Source: Patescibacteria group bacterium (GTDB lineage: Bacteria > Patescibacteriota > UBA1384 > XYA2-FULL-43-10 > 1-14-0-10-43-13). Taken from it: 64,000 bases of DNA. Each line of letters opens with the position of its first letter. Position 1 is the stretch's first letter. This document shows, piece by piece, positions 11,577-20,787 of the stretch. Location of the stretch: the NCBI GenBank assembly GCA_041666325.1, contig JBAYHC010000001.1, forward strand, positions 137,708-201,707, given 5' to 3'. The translations under genes and the position numbers were made by a program. Under the pieces are notes generated by a model. That model made no database searches, was not told where the DNA came from, and worked only from the letters and a program-made list of their open reading frames with translations.

Positions 11577-12613
11577 AGCCCCCGCATCGTAACATGCTGA
11601 AGGAGGTTGCGCACAGGATAGAGGAAAACCTCTTTGGTGCCAAGCGACGCCACCGCCACATATTCACCGTCCGGCGAGCAAGCCAAACAGTGGGGCGGTG
11701 CCCCGGGCAGTTCGAGATAATCGAGCTGCTTCCAGGTGGCAGCATCAATGAAGGCCATAATGCCAGCCTTGATCACGTTGCCTACATTACTGTCTTCGTC
11801 CCCATTCGGCTTATAGCCCAAGCCGGTAGCCAGAACAAGCTTGTGGTGCGGCAGGGAACCAATATCAATGATTGAAGTCATACAGAGCTTCGCGCCATCG
11901 ACTTTGCCATATTTTCCCGTCGCCAGATCAACCACGACAACCTTCGGCTTCCCCGCCGGATTGGTCCAGATGGTCGCCAACCAAACATCGTTAATAAAGC
12001 CGAAAATATCCAGACAGTATTCCACAGATCCAACAAGCGGGCCGAGACTAAATGACCCAATACTCGAGAGCGATGAAGGAAAACGATAGACACTGATATC
12101 TGACCTATGGATTGAAGCAAGCAAACCGCTACTGCCAGGAGAGAAATGAGCAGATGATCCGGACAAGCAACCAAAAGTCAATCTTTTGGGCTTTCTGTCT
12201 GATATATCCCAAACCCCAAAACCTGGCCCGTGCGTATTGCAGACAGATATCAGTTTCCCATCACTCGACAAAGATACAGAATTGCCATTGGCCGGTTCCC
12301 CCATCTCAACAGCAACCTCATATTTACCGTCCGTGTCCCAGATTGAAACATGTCTATGATCCGCGTACCCAAGCGCTATGCGCTGACAATTTCCCATCGC
12401 AGCAACAGCGATATTGTGTACATCGGATTGCAAGACCCAACCGGAAGGCAAGACACACTCGAGCGACACACCGTTGGCAAAGCTCCACCTCTCGACATAT
12501 CCGCTCAAGCCAGCCTTACCTACTACGTACAAATTCCGCCCAAACCAAGTCAGGTCGCGAATGTTGGCACACTCTCCGCGGAGTGTAATGTACGGCACAT
12601 GCGATTTGGGCAT
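11573..12613 (-). CDS. WD40-like beta-propeller protein (GC-rich island); the alternative upstream start at 12685 is less likely
   Basis: WD-like repeats: VWDISDRKPKRL, CSPDGEYVAVASLGTKEVFLYPV. RBS GAAGGGGGA lies before the ATG at 12611-12613. Confidence 0.6.
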   Translation of the reverse strand: MPKSHVPYITLRGECANIRDLTWFGRNLYVVGKAGLSGYVERWSFANGVSLECVLPSGWVLQSDVHNIAVAAMGNCQRIALGYADHRHVSIWDTDGKYEVAVEMGEPANGNSVSLSSDGKLISVCNTHGPGFGVWDISDRKPKRLTFGCLSGSSAHFSPGSSGLLASIHRSDISVYRFPSSLSSIGSFSLGPLVGSVEYCLDIFGFINDVWLATIWTNPAGKPKVVVVDLATGKYGKVDGAKLCMTSIIDIGSLPHHKLVLATGLGYKPNGDEDSNVGNVIKAGIMAFIDAATWKQLDYLELPGAPPHCLACSPDGEYVAVASLGTKEVFLYPVRNLLQHVTMRGL

Positions 12614-12709
12614 GTAGCGCGTTCCCCCTTCTTTGGACTCAAGCAAAGCGGTTCTCTGCTCGGGATGAGACGGGTGTGTCACCACACCCGAGGAGAGAAA
12701 AACGAAAGA

Positions 12710-13717
12710 TCAATTATTAATCGGCCGAAAAAGCTGGTCAATCCGACCAACGTGAAGCAAGTTGTCTCTAAGAAGGGCAATGTGGCAGCCATCAGGCGAT
12801 AGAGCGGCCTGTTCTGCCTGAAATGAACTAGCTCGGCCGATGATGGTAGCGCCATAGCAGAGCCTAAGATCATCGACACCGTCCCATTCATCCTTCCTTG
12901 TGCCCCAGACAACCCAATTATCTCCATCTCCCGCTGTCATGGCTCCGTAATTACGCTCAAAGCCAGTGCTAACTACTCCCACAACCTCAATCTTATTCGC
13001 ATCAATCAGGTAAATGGGCGGGGTTTCGTTCCACCCGGCCGTGACAATCAATTGGTCCTTGTGAAATACGAGGGAGTCGGGTGTTCCGCCCTCAATCGAC
13101 CAGGGCGTGAGTTGTCGCGAGATCTGCGTGCTCAAGCCAGTTTTCAGATCAAAAAGATCAATTGGGCAATCATCGAAAACATAGGCCAGCAAACCCGATG
13201 GCGAGACAGCGCTCGCTCGCAGTGAACCATCCCCTCTCGCAACCCGGTGAATGCATTGTCCACTAGCGACATGGTAAACCTCAAGACCTGTGCGACTGGT
13301 ATAAATAAGGTTACCATCATGATAATCAATGGTAACACTCAGCACGCTTCCGGCAACGAGATCACTGGAAGGACTCGGTAAATTGCACGACTCAACCGCA
13401 TCACCGTCATGATAAGCGCGCAGGACAACGCGACCATCAAGCTGATGGATGGCCAAAACGTGCTGGCCCTCATATTTGCCCAGATATGTCCACGAACTGA
13501 AATGCTCTCCGTGATCCACGAGCCAAATAAGACTAATCTCCGGCCAGTTGAAAAAGACGTTTGCAATGTAGCGCGGCTTATCACTATAGTCTTCGCTGCC
13601 AACAATCATAGTCTTTGGGGTCGTCCAGCCGAGCTGAGAAACCCGACCGCGCCCTGACGGACGTACACAAAGCGTTACAAACTTTGATCCCACAAAGGCT
13701 GTCGGATCATTCGGCAT
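12710..13717 (-). CDS. WD40-like beta-propeller protein (GC-rich island)
   Basis: Repeats such as ALSPDGCHIALLRDNLLHV and SAVSPSGLLAYVFDD. A strong RBS AGAGGAGGG lies before the ATG at 13715-13717. The ORF-track start at 13759 reads through the RBS. Confidence 0.6.
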   Translation of the reverse strand: MPNDPTAFVGSKFVTLCVRPSGRGRVSQLGWTTPKTMIVGSEDYSDKPRYIANVFFNWPEISLIWLVDHGEHFSSWTYLGKYEGQHVLAIHQLDGRVVLRAYHDGDAVESCNLPSPSSDLVAGSVLSVTIDYHDGNLIYTSRTGLEVYHVASGQCIHRVARGDGSLRASAVSPSGLLAYVFDDCPIDLFDLKTGLSTQISRQLTPWSIEGGTPDSLVFHKDQLIVTAGWNETPPIYLIDANKIEVVGVVSTGFERNYGAMTAGDGDNWVVWGTRKDEWDGVDDLRLCYGATIIGRASSFQAEQAALSPDGCHIALLRDNLLHVGRIDQLFRPINN

Positions 13718-13893
13718 GTCAATGCCCTCCTCTTTCCGTGCCAGCTTTTGCCAGCACACAAAACCAGCCCCCTCTTGAGCTGGTCGCTGATGAGAACTAT
13801 ATCACTTAATTAGAAAAACGCAAGAATAGCAGACAAAGGTTAATCTGACGTGAAGCGGGGTACATCGCGCACAAACCACTTACGCCTGACGCG

Positions 13894-14007
13894 CTATTTG
13901 GCGATTGATTCAACTATGTCTGCCAACGTCTTGGACTGCTGCATGGTATAGAACGAAACAACTGCAAGCAGTACAAAGGAAACAATAATGATAACCTTTC
14001 TCTTCAC
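13894..14007 (-). CDS. Possible small secreted or membrane peptide (37 aa, GTG start)
   Basis: AGGAGG-N5-GTG, then (M)KRKVIIIVSFVLLAVVSFYTMQQSKTLADIVESIAK. Not in the ORF track because it is under 60 aa. Confidence 0.3.
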   Translation of the reverse strand: MKRKVIIIVSFVLLAVVSFYTMQQSKTLADIVESIAK

Positions 14008-14040
14008 ACGGGCCTCCTGCAAAAACTAGTATATCGTATT

Positions 14041-14084
14041 TCGCCCACCTGCATCACCTGGAGCGAAGCGACTGCGGGCAGGTA
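14041..14084. repeat. Copy A of a dispersed intergenic repeat family (core ...CCTGCATCRCCTGGAGCGAAGCGACTGCGGGCAGG...)
   Basis: A 44-nt near-identical core is shared with 15186-15240 and 31636-31692. Confidence 0.8.
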
Positions 14085-14134
14085 GTTCGCGTACCACATT
14101 GCAACCGAGCACCGATTCCGGCCCACAGCAAGAA

Positions 14135-15124
<990 letters not shown>

Positions 15125-15185
15125 TTATCAGGCGAAATACTAAAGTTAAAATCTCACTCCCATGAGCTGTCTCTTGCAATTAGTC

Positions 15186-15240
15186 CTTACGCCCGCCTGC
15201 ATCGCCTGGAGCGAAGCGACTGCGGGCAGGCTTTAAGCCT
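15186..15240. repeat. Copy B of the dispersed repeat (CTTACGCCCGCCTGCATCGCCTGGAGCGAAGCGACTGCGGGCAGGCTTTAAGCCTTA)
   Basis: Identical to copy C over about 50 nt. It is flanked by short CCTTA(C/A)GCC direct repeats. Confidence 0.85.
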
Positions 15241-15258
15241 TACTACTGATGCCTACGC

Positions 15259-16425
15259 TTAGTAGATGTAGCCCATAACAACACGCTCGTTGGTAGATAT
15301 CGTCCTGCGGCTAGTCACGCCCCAACCCCTGGCATTCATTTCGCTAATTGTGACTGAGTCGCCATCAACTGCTTCCACATAAGCCACATGACCCCACCAT
15401 GATTCATTCGTCACGATTATCGCACCAGCGGCAGGAGCAGAGCCGGTTTTATAACCAGCCTTCTTGGCTGAATCCAGCCATCTTCGAGCATTGCCCCAGG
15501 ATCCGGGAACCTGGCGACGGGTTGCAACGTAATAGGTACAGTATCCATACGGATATGCATTATCCTTGCTACCAGCTTTGTGAGGCAAAATTTCGCCAGA
15601 GCTAGCAAAAGCACGATCAGCGGCTGATTTGTCACGAGTTACGGTATTGCGAGAAGACAACGCAAGTCGCGCCTTCTTCTCTTTTTCCTTTTTATCAATC
15701 AGAGCTTGTGATACCTCATATCCCCTAGCAGGAACGCTAATTTTGGTTCCGGGCTTGAGCTTATTGGCATCATCAATATTATTGGTATACTTCAAGGTAG
15801 CTATCTTGACACCGAATTTCCAGCCAATCTCGGTCAATGTATCACCATCTTTTACTAAATAAGCAACAGTCCCACTAGAATTATCTGGAAGTGGCTCCTC
15901 GCGACTCGTAATCTCAGTCGAAACTGAACCAGCTCCATCAACAAAACCATCCGTCGAAGCCAGGGAAAGTGAAGCTTTCTCTGCAGATGCGATACTCTTG
16001 TCATCTTTAATCAGTGGAGTATATTGGTCTATCTCAAATACGATCGACTCCTCAGTCGATGGTTCGACATAAACAAGTTCACCGTTGAACGCACGAACGG
16101 TGTATCTGTCAGCGATGTTAGAGAAGATAACTACCCCGGCCAAAAACCCCAAGGCAAGGTGAGGTAGATATTTGCTTGCAATTATAAAATTCCTGATGTT
16201 ATCTGCGCCGTCAGACAATTTGGCTTTGAAGTTATGCGTAGCTTCAGATACCGCCAAGAGCCTGCTCTTTGCTTGTTCAACAAATCTTCCAGCGCTAATC
16301 AGGAATATATTCTTCCCTTGATAAATTGTTTGCTTTGATCGTACAAGTAAGGGTAAACTACCCTCACCTTCTTCATTCTCACCTGTGCAAGACGAAGGAG
16401 GTTCTATTTCTGATAGCAAAGCCAT
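15259..16425 (-). CDS. Membrane-anchored LysM plus CHAP-domain peptidoglycan hydrolase
   Basis: A LysM block (YLVKDGDTLTEIGWKFGVKIATLKYTNNIDDANKLKPGTKISVP). The C-terminal CHAP-like block has catalytic Cys and His context (YPYGYCTYYVATRR...GHVAYVEAV). There is an N-terminal TM segment. Confidence 0.8.
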   Translation of the reverse strand: MALLSEIEPPSSCTGENEEGEGSLPLLVRSKQTIYQGKNIFLISAGRFVEQAKSRLLAVSEATHNFKAKLSDGADNIRNFIIASKYLPHLALGFLAGVVIFSNIADRYTVRAFNGELVYVEPSTEESIVFEIDQYTPLIKDDKSIASAEKASLSLASTDGFVDGAGSVSTEITSREEPLPDNSSGTVAYLVKDGDTLTEIGWKFGVKIATLKYTNNIDDANKLKPGTKISVPARGYEVSQALIDKKEKEKKARLALSSRNTVTRDKSAADRAFASSGEILPHKAGSKDNAYPYGYCTYYVATRRQVPGSWGNARRWLDSAKKAGYKTGSAPAAGAIIVTNESWWGHVAYVEAVDGDSVTISEMNARGWGVTSRRTISTNERVVMGYIY

Positions 16426-16680
16426 GTTTGATACGGTAACGCTTTAGGTCCGACTAGGCAGAAACTAAGAAAAATAGCCTTCGTCGGGTTTTAACATTAC
16501 CGAGAACAAGTTTACCAAGTTGCAGCTCAATGTCAAGGCCCAAGCGGATTTGAAACAAGGTTTTTCGTGACATTTACGGCTCCTAGACATAATAACAGTC
16601 ATACAGCCCCAAGGATACAGATTTTTACGATTTAGTCATATATTGCCAAAAATAGCCCGAATACAGAACGAACAGAATCG

Positions 16681-17892
16681 TTATTTGCGCTCGATTGTTG
16701 CCGTAAGCGATGACGGAAGAACAGACAAAACAGTAATACCAGCCGGCGCCTTAATCATGTTGGGATTAATATCATAGTTATATATCCCTGCCGTTCTACT
16801 GCGCAAGTCTAGAGCTAACGAGACATCTCCCGATTTCAAGGCGTTAACCAAATCAGCTTTCCCGCTAACGATTATTCTAAACTGACTTGGCTCAGATGCC
16901 GATATCATATAGGAAAAATCAAGACCTTCAAAATTCGGCGAAAGAAAAAGCTCTCTTGAGACCTCAGAGTCCGAGATTTTGACCGAAATTTTAATTAAGG
17001 GATCGCTTCCGGACTGGAGTGTAATTCCAGACGGCAAACTCAAGCCGATATCACGCTCGATATCACTATTAGCGTTGGTTAAGTCAATTTTCTCAGTCTC
17101 AACAAATGCTATTTCAGAAACAACCGACTGAGGGCCGGTAATATCCACAGTACTTGGAACAGCACTGACTTCAGAAACATACGAGCCTGATTTAGGAGAA
17201 CCAATGGTCTTAACTTTTATACCAACGGTTTTGTTGTTTGATGCTTTTACGATAGCAACTTTGGCTGTAACGCTACTCTCCGAAAACTCGATCTGTCGAT
17301 TGATTTCGCCCTGATCATCGTAAGCATAGACATCTTCTGTCTTTGTAAAATCTCTCGTTTCGCCACTCAGGTTGATCACTGCGATTGCTTCAGTTAAATT
17401 TTCTATCGCACTCTTGGGTCCCTGGGCAGTAACCATATCCGGGTCAAACTCGACTGAGCCAGCAACGAAACCAGATCCTGCGCTCCCCTCGATGCGCTTA
17501 GCAACGGGAACATCCTTGGTAATCAGGGGCTCCAGGGTAACTAGGACCTTCTTGGGACTTTTATCAACGACTTGAACGCCAGGAACAGCTGACACAACAT
17601 TAACCGGCAACTCTTGTGTCCCTGCCTGATAGGACGCCAGGTCCACATAGGCAGAAAATGATTCGGCTGACAATTGCTTCCAGACACCGGGCTCAGCCAT
17701 AATTTTGACCTCCACTGTCTTGGTGTCGTAGATAGCAACTAATCCAGCCGAAACATTTATAGCCTTAATCTTTAAACTACTCGGAAACTTACCGACAGTA
17801 TTTTGCCCAGCCGCAACGTAAAACCACAAAAACACCGTCGAGAATAGACAGAGTGTCTTGATGCCAAAATTATTTGTGAAAATTCTAAACAT
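16681..17892 (-). CDS. cdaR: YbbR-domain protein, CdaR-like regulator of diadenylate cyclase
   Basis: 403 aa with an N-terminal TM and repeated beta-rich YbbR-like modules. It sits immediately downstream of cdaA. Confidence 0.7.
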   Translation of the reverse strand: MFRIFTNNFGIKTLCLFSTVFLWFYVAAGQNTVGKFPSSLKIKAINVSAGLVAIYDTKTVEVKIMAEPGVWKQLSAESFSAYVDLASYQAGTQELPVNVVSAVPGVQVVDKSPKKVLVTLEPLITKDVPVAKRIEGSAGSGFVAGSVEFDPDMVTAQGPKSAIENLTEAIAVINLSGETRDFTKTEDVYAYDDQGEINRQIEFSESSVTAKVAIVKASNNKTVGIKVKTIGSPKSGSYVSEVSAVPSTVDITGPQSVVSEIAFVETEKIDLTNANSDIERDIGLSLPSGITLQSGSDPLIKISVKISDSEVSRELFLSPNFEGLDFSYMISASEPSQFRIIVSGKADLVNALKSGDVSLALDLRSRTAGIYNYDINPNMIKAPAGITVLSVLPSSLTATIERK

Positions 17893-17909
17893 ATCTACAA
17901 AGTGTGAAA

Positions 17910-17956
17910 GGCGAGGCGCTAAGCGTCCCTGAAAGCAACGCTTGGCGTGGCGTAAG
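17910..17956. repeat. Divergent, inverted copy D of the CTTACGCC repeat family in the cdaA-cdaR intergenic region
   Basis: Its reverse complement starts CTTACGCCaCGCC...GGACGCTTAGCGCC, the same skeleton as copies B and C. Confidence 0.4.
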
Positions 17957-18080
17957 TACTAAGTGTCCCACCAGAGGCCCCTTTGCGGGGTGAAGGCCAA
18001 TAAACAAAGTCTTCATCACCGTTCCGTCCTCGCTCTTACTAACTCTCCCATTATTCAATGTTCATGAATAGACATTGCGC

Positions 18081-18890
18081 CTATACTCTTCCCCTTAACA
18101 AGCTGATCAATCGATTGCGTAAACGTTCATCTGAAATTCTGCGCTCAAGCTTTCCTCCGACCGCCAACGATACTGTACCCGTCTCCTCAGAAACAACAAC
18201 AGCAATGGCATCGGAAATTTCGGTTATGCCAGCAGCGGATTTGTGGCGCATACCGAGGTCAGGATTTGTAAGCGACTCTGATACGGGCAGTGTGGATCGA
18301 GCCGATATAATCCGATCCCCGGAAACGATAACTGCGCCATCGTGAAGCGGCGATCTGGGAAAAAATATTGAAAGCAAAACAACTGACTTAACTTTTGCAT
18401 CGATCATAACTCCATTTTCGATATATTCACGCAATCCGGTCTGGCGCTGGAAGACAATGAGCGCCCCGATCCGCTGATCCGAAAACTTTCTTGCAGCTGT
18501 AACGATTTCATCAATCGCTTCGTTGGAACGAGAAAACACTTTTTCGGGCAAAAACCCAGAACGGCCGACCTTTTCCAGCACTGTTCGAAGTTCCGGCTGA
18601 AAAACAATTGGTATGGCGACAACCAACATCGTCATCAGGTTTTTCAAAATCCAGTTAAGAAGGACTAAATTCAGAAGACTACCAAGAGCGAGAAGACCAA
18701 CCAAAAAGAGAAATCCATAAAGAATTCTCATTGCTCTTGTCTCTTTTAGAAAAATGAAAATCCAATAAAAAAGAACCGCAACTATTGCAATATCCAGGAA
18801 AAAGAGAGGGCTGAGATTAACCCGCAATCCCTCCAAAAAATAGCTCGCTTTCTCGGAAACGCCTAGAATTTTCCCCGCCAATGGCTCCAA
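18081..18890 (-). CDS. cdaA: Diadenylate cyclase (c-di-AMP synthase), membrane-anchored
   Basis: Three N-terminal TM helices plus a DAC domain (PLHDGAVIVSGDRIISARSTL, RHKSAAGITE). Confidence 0.85.
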   Translation of the reverse strand: MEPLAGKILGVSEKASYFLEGLRVNLSPLFFLDIAIVAVLFYWIFIFLKETRAMRILYGFLFLVGLLALGSLLNLVLLNWILKNLMTMLVVAIPIVFQPELRTVLEKVGRSGFLPEKVFSRSNEAIDEIVTAARKFSDQRIGALIVFQRQTGLREYIENGVMIDAKVKSVVLLSIFFPRSPLHDGAVIVSGDRIISARSTLPVSESLTNPDLGMRHKSAAGITEISDAIAVVVSEETGTVSLAVGGKLERRISDERLRNRLISLLRGRV

Positions 18891-19045
18891 CGTTAATTAC
18901 TCCTCCATAATGCTTTGATTTCATTATATCAGTCCATTAAAATCTTTCAAAGTCATTCATCACTGGTGAGGACAAACAAGTATAGTGCAGCGAGCAATCA
19001 CGCAAAGGCATCGCAAAGACTGTCTCTACATGGCTACTCCCCAAG

Positions 19046-19657
19046 TTATTCGCCTGCCTGGGAAATATTGTTTTTCGGTATCTCTAACCGAAAGAGCTCT
19101 TGGTGAACCGTGGACCTAACTCCCGGCCCTATTCCATAAATGGAGATGTGGTCAATTGGAAAGTGCCATGAAATGTCTGACAGCTTGTGCTCTATTGATT
19201 TCAGACGCAGTTTCAAGGCTGATCTTGACCTGTAACGATAGGCGCGCGCAAGAGTGAGATGCGGTCGAAAATGCATTTGCTTTTTGACGCAAAATTTTCG
19301 AAGGGGCTGCTGAATACTATTGTAGAACTTCTCTATTTCAGGAGAATAAAAAACTTTGAAAAACAGTACTCTTGGATCGTGGCCACCGAACACCCCAACC
19401 TGATTCACCGTCATATGTGTGCCGACCATCAGGGGCAGAAATTGACTGATCTCGAGAACGACCTGCTCCAAAGCTGTGAGCGTTTGGTCGCCAAGGTAGT
19501 AGATAGTGATATGCGGTGTCTCTGGCTTTACCGTGACAAGACCAATGTTCTCAAGACCAATACGCGAAAGCACGTCTTCAAACTTTTGCTGATCGTGAAA
19601 AGGCAATGGAATACCAATAAAGCAAGAAAGAAACCTTTCGCTTCTATACGATGTCAT
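19046..19657 (-). CDS. thpR: 2H phosphoesterase, 2'-5' RNA ligase LigT/ThpR family
   Basis: Two H-x-T-x motifs (HITIYYLG and HLTLAR) at the expected spacing. Confidence 0.7.
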   Translation of the reverse strand: MTSYRSERFLSCFIGIPLPFHDQQKFEDVLSRIGLENIGLVTVKPETPHITIYYLGDQTLTALEQVVLEISQFLPLMVGTHMTVNQVGVFGGHDPRVLFFKVFYSPEIEKFYNSIQQPLRKFCVKKQMHFRPHLTLARAYRYRSRSALKLRLKSIEHKLSDISWHFPIDHISIYGIGPGVRSTVHQELFRLEIPKNNISQAGE

Positions 19658-20169
19658 TCAGCATTGACCTCGATTCCACCGAACGCAGTCGATATCCTGA
19701 GGAGAACATATGGTTCTCCCTCCTTGTATGCATTAGTTGTATAGATCCTCTCACCAAAAGCAGCTGTGCTACCATCCGGCAACCGAATTGCGCCAAAAGC
19801 CCCGCTGGCATTGATCCTGATTGGCACATCCTGCCTAATCCGAACCTCGGCACCCCCAAAAACAACGTCGACCTGTATCTCTCTTTTATCTCCCGACAGA
19901 TTAATTTTCCTGAGATCAACCACCCCCTTGCCAAAAACAATTTCATATTTATTTTGGCGATCATTAGCTCTGATCTCTCCTTCTCCGAAGGTTATCTCAC
20001 TACCTTTGTTTCTCGTTCCAATCAGAATACTGCTTCCCCAAATTATCAGAAACAACGAGATCAAGATTCCGGCAACCGGGACATCAAAACCGAATATGTT
20101 TCTCATAACGAGAAGGATTCCGACCAAAATGAGCAAAACTCCAACAAAATTTCCCTTAATTAATGCCAT
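19654..20169 (-). CDS. LiaF-like (toastrack/DUF2154-like) membrane protein
   Basis: N-terminal TM helices, then repetitive beta-strand modules (EITFGEGEIRAN..., VDVVFGGAEVRIRQD...). Family assignment is from memory. Confidence 0.45.
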   Translation of the reverse strand: MALIKGNFVGVLLILVGILLVMRNIFGFDVPVAGILISLFLIIWGSSILIGTRNKGSEITFGEGEIRANDRQNKYEIVFGKGVVDLRKINLSGDKREIQVDVVFGGAEVRIRQDVPIRINASGAFGAIRLPDGSTAAFGERIYTTNAYKEGEPYVLLRISTAFGGIEVNAE

Positions 20170-20331
20170 TGCTTGCTCCTATTTTTACTGACCCTAATTA
20201 AATTGTAACATAGCGCGTAAATACGTCATCTTGTATTGATACCAAAAGACCGCCTAGCCAAAGTGACTAGACGGTTCATGGGTGGTGAGGTAGCTTCCTC
20301 ATCTCGCCACTAACCCAGGTGACGGGCATGC

Positions 20332-20700
20332 TCATCGTCGGGACCAGAGCCTTTGATGAAGACCGACGAAGAGCGCTCCATAGACCGCCCAAACGAGCTT
20401 CAGGCGGATGACCGCAACAGTCTGTTCGGCATCCCAGTGGAAGCCAAGCCCGTGTTCGTAGATGGTGAGCCCGTAGGCGGCAGCTACTATCACGGCAAGT
20501 TCGACCGCTGTCTTCCAGAACCAGTGAAGCGCCACATCTCCTCCTATCAGTACGTGCCCGCTCATGATATTGGTGATTTTATCCACCAGACCAGAACAGC
20601 CAGGATCGCTTGCAGTCCTTCTATCAGAACAATTCCCTTTTCGATGTCTGATGCCCCTGAATCTCCAGTGCGACATAACATCATAACATAATATTGACAA
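20332..20700 (-). CDS. Small 2-TM membrane protein on a GC-rich island; the real start is probably the internal ATG near 20565 (about 77 aa)
   Basis: Hydrophobic helices AVELAVIVAAAYGLTIY and VWAVYGALFVGL. The first 45 codons are AT-rich and look like leader sequence. Confidence 0.4.
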   Translation of the reverse strand: MSILCYDVMSHWRFRGIRHRKGNCSDRRTASDPGCSGLVDKITNIMSGHVLIGGDVALHWFWKTAVELAVIVAAAYGLTIYEHGLGFHWDAEQTVAVIRLKLVWAVYGALFVGLHQRLWSRR

Positions 20701-20736
20701 AATGCAATGGTAGAAAGCTAAAATATGGCCTATAAA

Positions 20737-20771
20737 AGCAAAAGAGCAGGCGCTACACCTGCTCTTTTGCT
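20737..20771 (-). terminator. infB terminator (13-bp stem GCAAAAGAGCAGG/CCTGCTCTTTTGC plus T-run)
   Basis: Read directly from the sequence. Confidence 0.7.
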
Positions 20772-20787
20772 CTAGATCTTGACCGTT

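Noticed and set aside
11710-11730. SRP-RNA-like GGAAGCAGC motif
   Set aside because: It is inside the coding sequence of a beta-propeller gene, with no surrounding SRP helix structure.
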